NCBI GenBank assembly: GCA_013287335.1
Contig: JABDDZ010000002.1
Coordinates: forward strand, 1 to 61,197
DNA: 61,197 nt
Origin: Chlamydiota bacterium
GTDB lineage: Bacteria; Chlamydiota; Chlamydiia; Chlamydiales; JAAKFR01
Direction: 5' to 3'
Shown here: piece by piece, positions 18,953 through 29,504 of the stretch
Position numbering within the stretch: position 1 is the first letter of the stretch
How the letters are laid out: each line of letters begins with the position of its first letter
Position numbers and translations under genes: made by a program
The notes under the pieces: model-generated
Told to the model about the DNA's origin: nothing
Database searches by the model: none
The model's input: the letters and a program-made list of their open reading frames with translations, nothing else

Positions 18953-20125
18953 TTAAAATGAAAAATCTTTAAAAAAGGATTTAATCTTGTCGACGAAAGT
19001 TTTTTTCTTTGGGTGGTTGGAGACGTTTTCGAGCGTGCCAAATTCTTGCAAAAGCTCTCTTTGTCTATCTGTGAGGCGAGTTGGAGTTTCGACCATAACT
19101 GTTATTAAAAGATCACCCTTGCCTCTTCCATGGACATTGGGGAATCCCTCTCCGCGAACACGGAGGACTTTCCCCGACTGAGTCCCTTCTGGAATTGTAA
19201 TACGAGCTGAGGCCGAAAGGGTGGGAATCTCTTTTTTACATCCTAAAGCCGCTTCAGCAAAGCCGATCGGCATTTCCAGAAGAACGTCATCTCCTTCGCG
19301 TTCAAATATAGGATGGGCATCGACATTGATAAAGACGTAGAGATCTCCGGGAGGTCCACCCCCTTCTCCAGCATCTCCATAACCGCTCATCTTGAGACGC
19401 ATTCCGGTATCAACTCCGGCAGGAATATGGACTTTTACATGCTGCTTTTCTTTAGTGCGTCCAATGCCGTTACAGGTTTTACAAGGTTCGGTGATCTCTT
19501 TGCCCTCTCCACGACATTGGGGGCAGGGCGAGGCCATGCTAAAAAAGCCGCGGCTTTGAAAAATCTGACCGGCTCCTCCGCAACGGGTACACTGCTTTAT
19601 TCCCGATGGAGATGCAGCGCCGCTACCATTGCAAGTTGTGCAAGCGTTATATCTTGTGATGAGAAGCTCTTTTTCGACTCCATTGGCAGCCTCTGTAAAG
19701 GAGATACGGACAGTCGCCTTTTTACTGGCTCCCTCGCGCCCCGCTGTTCGGGTTCCTCCTCCCATTCCGCCAAAAAGGGTGTCAAAGATCGATTCACCTC
19801 CGCCGCCCCCGCCAAAAGCACCCATAAAAGTGCGCAGAGCCTCATCCATAGATGCAAATCCAGCGCCGGCAGGACCTGCTCCCATGCCTGCACTTCGCAC
19901 GCCCTCTTTGCCATAGCGATCGTAGAGCTCCTTTTTTTGCGGGTCGCTTAAAATCTCATAGGCTTCAGAAACTTCTTTAAAGCGCGCTTCTGCTTCAGGA
20001 TCTCCGGGATTTTTATCCGGATGGTACTTGAGGGCATTTTTCCGATAGGCTTTTTTAACCTCATCAGCAGATGCACCGCGTTGGACTCCAAGAACTTCGT
20101 AATAATCCATGATCTTATTATTCAT
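18953..20125 (-). CDS. dnaJ: Molecular chaperone DnaJ
   Basis: J-domain (DYYEVLGV...YHPDKNPGD), a G/F-rich region and four CxxCxGxG zinc motifs ([32 protein letters not shown]). Confidence 0.95.
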   Translation of the reverse strand: MNNKIMDYYEVLGVQRGASADEVKKAYRKNALKYHPDKNPGDPEAEARFKEVSEAYEILSDPQKKELYDRYGKEGVRSAGMGAGPAGAGFASMDEALRTFMGAFGGGGGGESIFDTLFGGMGGGTRTAGREGASKKATVRISFTEAANGVEKELLITRYNACTTCNGSGAASPSGIKQCTRCGGAGQIFQSRGFFSMASPCPQCRGEGKEITEPCKTCNGIGRTKEKQHVKVHIPAGVDTGMRLKMSGYGDAGEGGGPPGDLYVFINVDAHPIFEREGDDVLLEMPIGFAEAALGCKKEIPTLSASARITIPEGTQSGKVLRVRGEGFPNVHGRGKGDLLITVMVETPTRLTDRQRELLQEFGTLENVSNHPKKKTFVDKIKSFFKDFSF

Positions 20126-20158
20126 GGTAAATAAATATTATTAAACATTTCAACAGTG

Positions 20159-20335
20159 CTACCGGGTGCGGTATTTTGCTGCTGCTTTAGATTTAGCGCG
20201 CTTTTTTATCGAAGGTTTATCGTAAAAACGGTGGGCTTTAGCAGCCTTCATGATCCCTTCTTTGTCGATTTTCTTCTTTAGCGTTCTGAGAGCTTTATCT
20301 ATCGATTCTCCCAATCGCACCTTTACTTGTGGCAT
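20159..20335 (-). CDS. rpsU: 30S ribosomal protein S21
   Basis: This 58 aa ORF is below the ORF-track cutoff. My translation is [58 protein letters not shown], a typical S21. It lies upstream of dnaJ. Confidence 0.9.
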   Translation of the reverse strand: MPQVKVRLGESIDKALRTLKKKIDKEGIMKAAKAHRFYDKPSIKKRAKSKAAAKYRTR

Positions 20336-20530
20336 ACCCTTAACCTCAAAAAAAACATTGGTCTCTCCATTTTCTAGATGAAATAGTAAAAGAGTACCAG
20401 ATCAGAATGTTCATTTCAAGTGGCTTTCACATTCTCCTTCGAATTTCGATGCAAATATATATAATATTATTTTTAATCCTGGCCAATGTTGGGTTTTAAT
20501 TAAAATTAAAGTAGCATAAGAGCGCTCTTT

Positions 20531-22678
20531 GTGTTCTTGGAGAATCAAATAATGAATGTTAGCGAACAAAGTGGTTATTGCGCATGGATCCAGAAGATCC
20601 CTATTTGCAAATCTCCTTCCGCCACAATCCTTACAACCACAGTCGCACTTACAATTCTTGTTGGGATCGCCTCCTTCTTTCTACTTTTAAATGCTACTGG
20701 CACCCTGCCACTCTACTTTCTTCCGGATATTGGAACAGTGCCGGCAGCTTTTCTCTTCACAACCTTTACTTTGGCCATATTAATTGAGGTCTCGTCAATT
20801 ATACTCTGGCTCTGCTTGCAAACCCATAAGCAAATCGAAAAGATCCCTTCCACGAGCACAACCAATACATCGACTTTATTAGTTGATGATCCCGACTCAG
20901 ATTCCGATGACGATGACGACGGGGTCCACTCTTGGGATAGTACAACTACTACGCCCGATGAGCGGAAAGAGCCTGAAGTTGCTACTCCTATCATCTTTAA
21001 TGAGAGCAATGCCTTTGCTCCTTTCCTAAAAAAGTTATTAGAATGCGTCGAGAAAAATAGTAGCCTATTGAATGTAAAAAGCGCTACCTTTGACATTGCA
21101 AAACTCGCTTCTGATTCCAATGTTCACTATCCAATCCCTGATTGCGCCGATGACATTCCTCGTCAAGTCCTCCCCATGATTTGTCAGGCAATGCACATTT
21201 TTGCCCTCGATGACGAAGCATTTCTAGATACTCCTATCAGCGAATTAAAAAAACTCGATGAGGATATCGCATTTAATGATAGCAAGTATTTAAGGTTTGT
21301 TTTTGCAATCCTTTGCAAAAGAGGAGCTCTTCTTAGAAAAAAATTAACAAATATCAAAGAAGCTGGGGAAGGGAAAGCTGCAGATACAATCACGCTCCGT
21401 CAATTCTTTTCATTAAAAGAAGCAGAGCTTGTGCTCTGGACTAAAGAAGAAAACTGCCCAAAAACTCTTCTTTTCCTGTTAACCCTTCCCCAACTCCTCT
21501 ATCTCTTTAATGCAATACAAGCAGAGGAAGAGCGAAAAAAGCTTATCGCAAACACCTTTTCCTCTTTTGATATTTTATGGGATAAATTCCGTCTAAATAA
21601 CCTGGTTACAAAAGATGCAAATCCCCTACTTCCTTTTATGGAGGCGAAACATCTCCAGCTTCTCGATGATACAATCGTTTTGGATAATGACTTTAATATC
21701 AACCTTATCCCGGCAGCGCATATCGATATGCTCTTTATAGATTTTACAATTGAAGGCACCCCTTATACCAGGTCATCGCGGCTTAAATCCCTCCACATGC
21801 TGCGAGTTGTCAATGAACGCATTACAGACTTATCCTCTTTCCTCTTATCTAATTTATTAAAAAATTGCCCATGGGGAGGAGGAACAGAGTTAAAACTGGC
21901 AAGCATCTCTGCCAAAACTCTCAATGAGATCTTTTCTGTTAATCTCACCGATGGACAAACTACGAATTACAAAAAGAGATATGAAGATGCCCGGGCGCTC
22001 ATTGACATCATTCCTCCAAGATTCATCAATGCGCTTGTCAAAAATTTCAACGGATGGAGTCTTGCCCTTTTATCCAAGGAGCAGTGGGCTGAGGTAGATA
22101 CTCTGAAGGGCCTAGATCTTGAGAATTTACTAAATCAGTTAGCAATTATCGGAAAGTTTCTAGAAAACAAAAAATTTATAGAGGAATTTTTTCAAATAAT
22201 TGGGTTTCAAAAAATCAAGGAAAGTTTACTTAACATTCCCACTACATACCTAAAATATATACCCCTTGAATACTTTAAAAAAGATCTATCCATTTCTCGC
22301 CTTACGGCAGAGGCAATTAAAGATGGACTCTTTTATCTCAATTTAAAAGCGATCACTTGGACTGATGATGATAAGGTCCAGTATAAAAAATCAAAAAAAT
22401 GCATTCGTATCATTCAGATTGAAGAAATCAACGAAGACTTATACCACAAACTCGACGGTCCAAGGCTTGCTCTTTTATCAAAGAAACAACACCGTATGCT
22501 TGATTTAAACAAACTTACTCTCGAACAAATAGGAATAATGTTCCAAACAGCATTACTTATTCCAGCCTGCCTGGGCCGGAAACCTGTAATGGCCGTGGAG
22601 CACAATAAGCTTTTTGTACGCCTCCCAAAACCAATTCCAGAGAAGCTAAAAAGTGCGGTCCCAATCCGTGGTAATTAA
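20531..22678 (+). CDS. Lineage-specific membrane protein with an Inc-like bilobed hydrophobic domain
   Basis: 715 aa; the first ATG is at 20552. Two hydrophobic stretches (ILTTTVALTILVGIASFFLLL and VPAAFLFTTFTLAILIEVSSIILWLCL) are separated by a short loop. An acidic tract DDPDSDSDDDDDG follows, and a LALLSK(E/K)Q motif recurs internally. No enzyme motif is visible. Confidence 0.6.
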   Translation: MFLENQIMNVSEQSGYCAWIQKIPICKSPSATILTTTVALTILVGIASFFLLLNATGTLPLYFLPDIGTVPAAFLFTTFTLAILIEVSSIILWLCLQTHKQIEKIPSTSTTNTSTLLVDDPDSDSDDDDDGVHSWDSTTTTPDERKEPEVATPIIFNESNAFAPFLKKLLECVEKNSSLLNVKSATFDIAKLASDSNVHYPIPDCADDIPRQVLPMICQAMHIFALDDEAFLDTPISELKKLDEDIAFNDSKYLRFVFAILCKRGALLRKKLTNIKEAGEGKAADTITLRQFFSLKEAELVLWTKEENCPKTLLFLLTLPQLLYLFNAIQAEEERKKLIANTFSSFDILWDKFRLNNLVTKDANPLLPFMEAKHLQLLDDTIVLDNDFNINLIPAAHIDMLFIDFTIEGTPYTRSSRLKSLHMLRVVNERITDLSSFLLSNLLKNCPWGGGTELKLASISAKTLNEIFSVNLTDGQTTNYKKRYEDARALIDIIPPRFINALVKNFNGWSLALLSKEQWAEVDTLKGLDLENLLNQLAIIGKFLENKKFIEEFFQIIGFQKIKESLLNIPTTYLKYIPLEYFKKDLSISRLTAEAIKDGLFYLNLKAITWTDDDKVQYKKSKKCIRIIQIEEINEDLYHKLDGPRLALLSKKQHRMLDLNKLTLEQIGIMFQTALLIPACLGRKPVMAVEHNKLFVRLPKPIPEKLKSAVPIRGN

Positions 22679-23316
22679 CCTATTTTGACATGGCTGATAT
22701 AATTGAGTTGACACTCCCCTGAAGTGGAGAAAGATTTACGTAGGAAAGCCTCTTCCGCCAAACTAGCGGCATGTTTGGGATCAGGCCCTCTTTCAACCCA
22801 ATTGATTGAATTCGGAAGACAGCCCTTAAGTTTTCCAGGAGAGGGGGTGACTACAAAGGGCGCTTTGCAAAGAAGGGGTTCAAGCTCCTGCAAGGGGATC
22901 ATTCTCGGCTCTGATAAGGGAGTGACTTTCTCGCCCTCTTTTTTTTGTAAAAGAAGATAGCCACTCTGAATTTTTGCATCGATCAGGCTTACAAACTCTC
23001 CATCGCTCTCACTGATTAAACTCTCAAGGCTCCCTAGGCTAATCAGAGGGATCTTTCTCGCATGAGAAAGCGCCATCGCAAAGCTTGCCCCCACACGTAT
23101 CCCTGTAAATGAACCAGGGCCAATAGAGACGGCAACTGCTTTTAAATCTAAAACCGTTATATTCAAACTTTCAAAACAATTTTTGATGGAGTGCATTAAA
23201 AATTTTGAACTCTCAAGCCCAAAAGGAAGCTCCACATGGGAGCAGACCTCCTTTCCCAAAGCTACAACTATTTGGCCCCTCTCAGTGCTGGTATCGATAA
23301 TAAGGGTATATATCAT
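22675..23316 (-). CDS. tsaB: tRNA t6A37 biosynthesis protein TsaB (YeaZ)
   Basis: 213 aa with the N-terminal block LIIDTSTERGQIVVA and GPGSFTGIRVGASFA, as in the YeaZ family. Confidence 0.8.
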   Translation of the reverse strand: MIYTLIIDTSTERGQIVVALGKEVCSHVELPFGLESSKFLMHSIKNCFESLNITVLDLKAVAVSIGPGSFTGIRVGASFAMALSHARKIPLISLGSLESLISESDGEFVSLIDAKIQSGYLLLQKKEGEKVTPLSEPRMIPLQELEPLLCKAPFVVTPSPGKLKGCLPNSINWVERGPDPKHAASLAEEAFLRKSFSTSGECQLNYISHVKIG

Positions 23317-23487
23317 GTTATGCCTTACATATTTACTTATTTTTTTGAAAGGAATTAAAGAATATGCTAATTGACCATTATGTTTAAAGTTGAAAATGTA
23401 AGGAGCAGGGTTGAAACTATTGTCAATTGTTGATAAAGTTTATGAACACACTCTTAGGATTTTACTCTAGTATTTGAGGCCGCACCT

Positions 23488-25944
23488 TTGGATAAAAATA
23501 GCCACTCATCTGACCATTCTCAAGACGATTTCGAAGAGGAGATAGAACAGTCCCTTGACCAATCCCTTGAAGAAGAATCTCAACGAAGAAATTCCTCCCG
23601 TCCCGAAGAACTTTTTGTTCTCCCCTTGAATAGACGCCCCTTCTTTCCAGGCATGGCAGCCCCTATTGTCATTGAACCCGGCCCCTATTACGAAGTACTC
23701 AAAACGGTTGCCAAATCCGAGCATAAATTTGTCACTCTTGTCCTCACAAAAAAAGAAAACGCCAATATCTACCGGATCGGCTTTCAAGCACTGCACAAAG
23801 TGGGAGTTTTAGGCCGCATCCTCCGCATCGTTCCTATCGAGGGGGGAGGAGCGCAGGTCGTCTTCAATATGGAAGAGCGAGTAGAAATCATTGAACCTAT
23901 TAAGGGAAAATATCTTAAAGCAAGAGTTGCTTACCACCCTGATGGCCGTGGAGTTAGCGATGAGCTTAAAGCTTATGCAATCAATATCATCACAATCATT
24001 AAAGAACTTCTTAAGCTCAATCCCCTCTTTAAAGAGGAGCTCCAGATTTTTTTAGGTCACTCCGATTTTACAGAACCTGGAAAACTCGCCGATTTTGCCG
24101 TAGCCCTGACAACTGCCTCCAGAGAAGAGCTTCAGGATGTTCTTCAAGCCTTTGATGTGCAAGAAAGAATCGATAAGGCCCTTTTCCTCCTCAAAAAAGA
24201 GCTCGATCTCTCCCGCTTACAGAGTAGCATCAATCAAAAAATCGAAGCGACTATCAGTAAATCCCAGAAAGAATATTTTTTACGCGAACAGCTAAAAACC
24301 ATCAAAAAAGAGCTTGGGATTGAAAAAGAAGAAAAATCTATCGACATCGAAAAATTTGAAGTCCGCTTAAAAAAAAGAAAGGTCCCTCCTCCGATTATGG
24401 AGACAATTCAGGAGGAGCTTGATAAACTCGGTGTTTTAGAACCTATCTCTGCCGAATATTCAGTCTCTAGAAACTACCTGGATTGGCTCACCATTATCCC
24501 TTGGGGGATGTTTAGCAAGGAGAGACATGACCTTATTCAAGCTGAAAAGAGTCTACATAAAGACCACTATGGCTTGGAAGAGATCAAACAGCGCATTTTA
24601 GAGCTTATCAGCGTCGGAAAATTGACAGGCGGTTTAAGAGGAAGTATCATCTGCCTTGTCGGTCCTCCGGGGGTTGGAAAAACAAGTATCGGTAAGAGCA
24701 TTGCCCGCGCGTTAAATCGTAAATTTTACCGTTTCTCGGTAGGTGGGATGCGTGATGAGGCGGAGATTAAAGGGCACAGGCGTACATACATCGGTGCGAT
24801 GCCCGGAAAGCTTGTCCAAGCGCTTAAACAATCTCAAACGATGAATCCTGTGATCATGATCGATGAGGTTGATAAGATCGGCGGCTCCTTCCATGGAGAT
24901 CCCGCATCGGCGCTTCTTGAGGTTTTAGACCCCGAACAAAATAAAGACTTTCTCGACCATTACCTCGATGTCCGCTGCGACCTTTCCAATATTCTATTTG
25001 TTGTCACAGCAAATATGACAGACACAATCCCCGAACCTCTTTTAGATAGGATGGAGGTGCTCCGTCTTTCAGGCTATATTTTAGAAGAGAAACTCCAGAT
25101 CGCCAAAAAATACCTTATTCCAAGAAACCGCAAAAATATGGGGCTCACAGCCAAGCAGATTGTCTTTACCGATGAGGCCCTTAAGACGATCATTAATGGT
25201 TATGCAAGAGAGGCGGGAGTAAGGTCATTAGAGAACTACATTAAGAAAATCTTGCGCAAAGTGGCCTTAGAGGTGGTTAGAAGATCAGAATCTGGAAAAA
25301 AAAGAAAAGCCCACGAAGTTCAAATCGGCAGAAAAAATCTCTCTGAGTACATTGGAAAGCCTCTTTTTTCTACTGATCGGTTTTATGAGCGCACGCCAAT
25401 TGGGGTGGCCACAGGACTTGCCTGGACCTCTCACGGAGGAGCTACCCTCTATATTGAAGCCATTAAAGTTCCGAATGATAGAACAGATATGAAACTCACC
25501 GGCCAGGCCGGAGATGTGATGAGAGAGTCCTCTCAAATCGCCTGGAGTTACCTGCATAGCGCGATCTATAAGTATGCTCCGGGCCACACCTTTTTTGAAA
25601 AATCGCAGATCCACATCCATATTCCAGAGGGTGCAACCCCCAAAGATGGCCCTTCTGCCGGAGTGACTATGGTCACTTCTCTTCTCTCGCTCCTTTTAGA
25701 TATTCCTGTAATGGAAGATCTGGGGTTGACAGGAGAGCTCACTTTAACGGGCAGGGTTTTGGGAGTCGGCGGGATTCGCGAAAAGCTGATTGCCGCAAAG
25801 CGTTCGGGACTGAAAACACTAATCTTTCCCAAGGATAATTTACGCGACTATGAGGAGCTGCCTGCCTATGTCAGAAAAGGAATCCAGGTCCACTTTGTCG
25901 AACACTTTGATGAGATATTCCACTTAGCCTTTCCAGAAGTGTAG
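23488..25944 (+). CDS. lon: ATP-dependent Lon protease
   Basis: 818 aa with a TTG start. It has the Walker A motif GPPGVGKTS, the Walker B motif IMIDEVDK and the proteolytic Ser context PKDGPSAGVTM. Confidence 0.95.
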   Translation: MDKNSHSSDHSQDDFEEEIEQSLDQSLEEESQRRNSSRPEELFVLPLNRRPFFPGMAAPIVIEPGPYYEVLKTVAKSEHKFVTLVLTKKENANIYRIGFQALHKVGVLGRILRIVPIEGGGAQVVFNMEERVEIIEPIKGKYLKARVAYHPDGRGVSDELKAYAINIITIIKELLKLNPLFKEELQIFLGHSDFTEPGKLADFAVALTTASREELQDVLQAFDVQERIDKALFLLKKELDLSRLQSSINQKIEATISKSQKEYFLREQLKTIKKELGIEKEEKSIDIEKFEVRLKKRKVPPPIMETIQEELDKLGVLEPISAEYSVSRNYLDWLTIIPWGMFSKERHDLIQAEKSLHKDHYGLEEIKQRILELISVGKLTGGLRGSIICLVGPPGVGKTSIGKSIARALNRKFYRFSVGGMRDEAEIKGHRRTYIGAMPGKLVQALKQSQTMNPVIMIDEVDKIGGSFHGDPASALLEVLDPEQNKDFLDHYLDVRCDLSNILFVVTANMTDTIPEPLLDRMEVLRLSGYILEEKLQIAKKYLIPRNRKNMGLTAKQIVFTDEALKTIINGYAREAGVRSLENYIKKILRKVALEVVRRSESGKKRKAHEVQIGRKNLSEYIGKPLFSTDRFYERTPIGVATGLAWTSHGGATLYIEAIKVPNDRTDMKLTGQAGDVMRESSQIAWSYLHSAIYKYAPGHTFFEKSQIHIHIPEGATPKDGPSAGVTMVTSLLSLLLDIPVMEDLGLTGELTLTGRVLGVGGIREKLIAAKRSGLKTLIFPKDNLRDYEELPAYVRKGIQVHFVEHFDEIFHLAFPEV

Positions 25945-25946
25945 TT

Positions 25947-26435
25947 ATGAAAAAGATCACCTACAAAGAAAAGATTGTAGCTCCTAACAACATTCCGCAT
26001 CTTATTGAATGTCTGAGAGCTGAGAAAAAAAGAGTCGCTACAATTAATGGCTCTTTTGACCTTCTTCACGCAGGACATTTGTACATTCTTAGCAAGGCCG
26101 CTGAAATGGCGGATGTTTTGATTGTTGCATTAAATAGCGATGCATCTATAAAGCTTTATAAGAGTCCGACAAGGCCGATCATCCCACTCACCTATAGGTT
26201 AGAGATGATGGCAGCCTTAGGCTTTGTAGATTTTGTGACCTGGTTCGATGAGACAGATCCAATCAATCTCTTAAAAATCATCAAACCCGATGTGCATGTG
26301 AATGGAGGGGAGTATGGATCGAATTGCATTGAAGCGCAAGCCGTCGCTGAAGGAGGAGGCATCCTCCACCTTGTTGATAGAATCGATGGCTTATCCACAA
26401 CGGAGATACTCGAAAAGATAAAATGCGTCTCCTAA
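25947..26435 (+). CDS. Cytidylyl/adenylyltransferase-like protein, probable D-beta-D-heptose 1-phosphate adenylyltransferase (RfaE/HldE domain II)
   Basis: 162 aa with the nucleotidyltransferase signature INGSFDLLHAGHLYIL and the C-terminal block STTEILEKI. Confidence 0.7.
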   Translation: MKKITYKEKIVAPNNIPHLIECLRAEKKRVATINGSFDLLHAGHLYILSKAAEMADVLIVALNSDASIKLYKSPTRPIIPLTYRLEMMAALGFVDFVTWFDETDPINLLKIIKPDVHVNGGEYGSNCIEAQAVAEGGGILHLVDRIDGLSTTEILEKIKCVS

Positions 26436-27571
26436 CAACTTTTACCAAGGCAGAAACAGAAACTTTAAACCCTTTTGCCTTCTCCTATTTCCTCTTAACA
26501 AAGGGAATTGAAAATCAATGTGAGGACCAGGGCCCAGAGAGTTATCGCATCTGGATTGTTGACGAGGATCAGGTTGGTAAGGCTGAAAGCTACTTAGAAG
26601 AGTACCGGAGTAACCCTAATGATCCTAAATTTAAAAGCAATTACGAGACAGCCCTTCGCGCTGCGAACATTATTCCCCCGGTAGATGAAACAACCCCCAC
26701 TGCGCAAAAAAGACGCTTTCTCTCCCCCTCTCCTTATGGGAAGCTCTCTATTGTTATTATCATTGCAGCAATTTTAATCTTCTTCATCTCTATGATGCAA
26801 AAAGAGGCAGCGCCTTTGGAGATTCCCGGAGTTCCAAAGCTCCCTGTTTTGCCTAAGATCGAACGCCTTCTTCTCTACGATTATCCCCTTATCATGCAAT
26901 TGCAAGATGATTTGCTAAAGGTCTATCCCAAAAAGGCAATCGATGCAAAAGAGCCTCCCCCGCCTGAGGCTGTAAAATTGATCAAAGAGATCCAAAATAC
27001 TCCTGTATGGACGGGATTCTACGATCGGATTGTCAGCCATATAAAAGACAAAGATACCCCCCTCTCCTACCATGGCCCCCTATTTGAAAAGATTTCACAA
27101 GGGCAGCTCTGGCGGCTTATCACGCCGATTTTTTTACACTATGACTTCATCCATATCTTTTTTAATCTACTCTGGTTCATGCTCCTAGCCAACCAGATTG
27201 AATACCGCATTGGTTTTTGGCGCTATCTTCTTTTGATTCTTCTCTCAGCCATTGTCTCTAATACCGCCCAATACCTGATGAGCGGTCCCCTATTCATGGG
27301 CCTTTCAGGCGTTGTTGTTGCCCTTGCAGGGTTTATCTTTGCAAGGCAGCAGGCGGCTCCCTGGGAGGGCTACCTTCTCCATCGGCTTACACTTCTCTTT
27401 CTCGCCATCTTTGTTTTTGGAGTTTTTCTTTTACAGGTTATCTTCTTTTTTCTTCAAATCTCCGGCAACTTTAACTCTACTATCCCCATTGCCAATACCG
27501 CCCATATCTCCGGAGGAATTATTGGGTATCTTCTGGGGCGTCTCCGGTTTTTCTCTCTCCAACCCAAATAA
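26423..27571 (+). CDS. Rhomboid-family intramembrane serine protease
   Basis: 382 aa. The C-terminal six-TM core has HIFFNLLWF, the catalytic Ser GLSGVVVAL and the catalytic His AHISGGIIGY. Confidence 0.85.
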   Translation: MRLLTTFTKAETETLNPFAFSYFLLTKGIENQCEDQGPESYRIWIVDEDQVGKAESYLEEYRSNPNDPKFKSNYETALRAANIIPPVDETTPTAQKRRFLSPSPYGKLSIVIIIAAILIFFISMMQKEAAPLEIPGVPKLPVLPKIERLLLYDYPLIMQLQDDLLKVYPKKAIDAKEPPPPEAVKLIKEIQNTPVWTGFYDRIVSHIKDKDTPLSYHGPLFEKISQGQLWRLITPIFLHYDFIHIFFNLLWFMLLANQIEYRIGFWRYLLLILLSAIVSNTAQYLMSGPLFMGLSGVVVALAGFIFARQQAAPWEGYLLHRLTLLFLAIFVFGVFLLQVIFFFLQISGNFNSTIPIANTAHISGGIIGYLLGRLRFFSLQPK

Positions 27572-27577
27572 AAAGGA

Positions 27578-27711
27578 TCGGGCACGCACACGGGCACGGG
27601 CGCGGGCACGAAAATAACTTTCTCATATTCAACCTTTTCTCTCTGGAATCGGTTCTCCTTTGTCTACAAGAATTTGGATAAAAATTTAATCGTGCCCGTG
27701 TGCATGCCCGA
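27578..27711. repeat. Second full copy of the GGGCACG-armed MITE/REP-like element, in inverted orientation relative to 5535-5692
   Basis: The arms are TCGGGCACGCACACGGGCACGGGCGCGGGCACGA and TCGTGCCCGTGTGCATGCCCGA. The core AAAATAACTTTCTCATATTCAACC...TTTGGATAAAAATTTAAT matches the reverse complement of the 5570-5657 core. Confidence 0.85.
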
Positions 27712-27797
27712 TTAATGGTGGTTACTTCTTTGCAGGGTTGACTCTCTTGTACGTTTGGGTTACCATCTTTCGAGTTTCAATTTTATAGTTTTGTTTT

Positions 27798-28718
27798 ATG
27801 AGTGTGCGCGACCTTACCATCCTGGGCTGTTCCAGCCAGCAACCCACTCGAGAGCGCAATCATGGCGCCTATCTATTGCGCTGGAATGATGAGGGCCTTC
27901 TTTTCGACCCCGGAGAGGGGACCCAGCGCCAATTTATATTTGCTGGCATTGCCCCCACTTGTGTCACGCGCATCCTTGTCAGCCACTTCCATGGAGACCA
28001 CTGTTTAGGCGTAGGCTCTATGTTGATGCGGCTTAATCTAGATAAAATCCCTCATCCCGTAGAGTGCTATTTCCCGGAGAGTGGCAAAAAATATTTTCAT
28101 AGGCTTCGCTACGGTACGATTTACCATGAGACGATCAATGTGATTGAACATCCCATAGCTGATGAGGGGATTGCCTGCAATGATGGTAAATTTTTAATTG
28201 AAACAGCTTATTTAGATCATGGGGTAGAAAATTTAGGATGGAGAATCACTGAACCCGATAGACGCAAATTTGATAAGGAGAAGCTCAAAGAATTTGGAGT
28301 CCAAGGCCTCCTCGTTAAAGAACTCGAGCTTAAAGGACATATCACTATCAATGGACGAGAAGTCCTGCTAGATGATGTAAGCCATATCCGCAAAGGAGAT
28401 GTCTTTGTCTATATCAGCGACACCCGTCTATGCCAAAAGGCAATCGACCTTGCAAAAGGAGCCAAAGTGCTGCTTTGTGAAAGCACCTACCTCCAGGAGC
28501 ATGAGGAGCTCGCCAAAAAACACCAACACCTCACAGCCAGTCATGCGGCCATGATAGCCAAAGAAGCAGGCGCCGAGCAGCTTATCCTGACCCATTTTTC
28601 GGCACGCTACTTAAACAGCCGCCTTTTTGAAGAGGAGGCTCGGATGATCTTTCCAAATGCCCACGCTGCGGAAGACCTTAAAGTCTTCCCTATTCCACTC
28701 TCTAAAAATGGAGGCTAG
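27798..28718 (+). CDS. rnz: Ribonuclease Z
   Basis: 306 aa metallo-beta-lactamase fold protein with the HxHxDH motif [10 protein letters not shown] and the C-terminal block LTHFSARY. Confidence 0.85.
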   Translation: MSVRDLTILGCSSQQPTRERNHGAYLLRWNDEGLLFDPGEGTQRQFIFAGIAPTCVTRILVSHFHGDHCLGVGSMLMRLNLDKIPHPVECYFPESGKKYFHRLRYGTIYHETINVIEHPIADEGIACNDGKFLIETAYLDHGVENLGWRITEPDRRKFDKEKLKEFGVQGLLVKELELKGHITINGREVLLDDVSHIRKGDVFVYISDTRLCQKAIDLAKGAKVLLCESTYLQEHEELAKKHQHLTASHAAMIAKEAGAEQLILTHFSARYLNSRLFEEEARMIFPNAHAAEDLKVFPIPLSKNGG

Positions 28719-28720
28719 CT

Positions 28721-29488
28721 TTGAATCAGAACACATCTTGGGAAAACTCCGAGAAATGGTATGATACCCTTGTAGGCAAAGAGGGACACTACTACCATCA
28801 GCAGATTGTCATTCCAAATGTTTTACGGCTTCTTGACCTATCCAAAGTGCCCTCTCCCTCCCTTCTTGATTTAGCATGCGGACAGGGTGTCTTAGCCCGT
28901 GCCCTTCCACCGAAGGTTGCATACCATGGAATAGACCTCTCTCCCTCTCTCATCAAATTAGCAATGCAATTGACAAAACGCAGCGCTTGTTCCTTCTCCA
29001 TCGGTGACATTTGTAAAGATCTTGTCCTAGAAGATAAGAAATTTACCCATGCTTCCATAATTCTTGCTCTCCAAAATATTGAGGCGCCAAATGAGGCTCT
29101 TATCCAAGCGGCAAGGCACATTCTCGAAAATGGAACTCTTGTGATTGTTCTCAACCATCCCTCCTTCCGCATCCCGAGACAAACCCATTGGGGAGTAGAT
29201 GAGAAGCAGAAATTGCAATATAGAAGAGTGGATCGTTACATGACTTCTCTTAAGATTCCCATCCAGACACATCCCGGAGCTGGAAGCGCATCGGAGCAGA
29301 CCTGGAGCTTCCATCATCCCCTCTCAGCTTTTAGTAAGTGGTTGCAGGAGGCAGGTTTATATATACAACTTCTCGAAGAGTGGACCTCTGATAAAATGAG
29401 CACCGGCAAAAATGCCAAAATGGAAAACCGCGCTCGCGAAGAATTTCCCCTCTTCCTTGCTATCAAGGCCCGTAAATTACCTCAATAA
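28721..29488 (+). CDS. Class I SAM-dependent methyltransferase
   Basis: 255 aa with a TTG start and SAM-binding motif I (LLDLACGQGVLA). Confidence 0.75.
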   Translation: MNQNTSWENSEKWYDTLVGKEGHYYHQQIVIPNVLRLLDLSKVPSPSLLDLACGQGVLARALPPKVAYHGIDLSPSLIKLAMQLTKRSACSFSIGDICKDLVLEDKKFTHASIILALQNIEAPNEALIQAARHILENGTLVIVLNHPSFRIPRQTHWGVDEKQKLQYRRVDRYMTSLKIPIQTHPGAGSASEQTWSFHHPLSAFSKWLQEAGLYIQLLEEWTSDKMSTGKNAKMENRAREEFPLFLAIKARKLPQ

Positions 29489-29504
29489 ACCTCCTTGACA
29501 AGGT

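Noticed and set aside
19313..19951. Long ORFs antisense to or overlapping dnaJ (212 aa, 105 aa and 95 aa).
   Set aside because: They lie opposite the GC-rich Gly/Phe and Cys-repeat regions of dnaJ, where stop codons are rare in all frames. dnaJ itself is unambiguous.
27312..27617. 101 aa plus-strand ORF ending in DRARTRARARARK.
   Set aside because: It lies out of frame inside the well-supported rhomboid protease gene and extends into a MITE arm. It is spurious.
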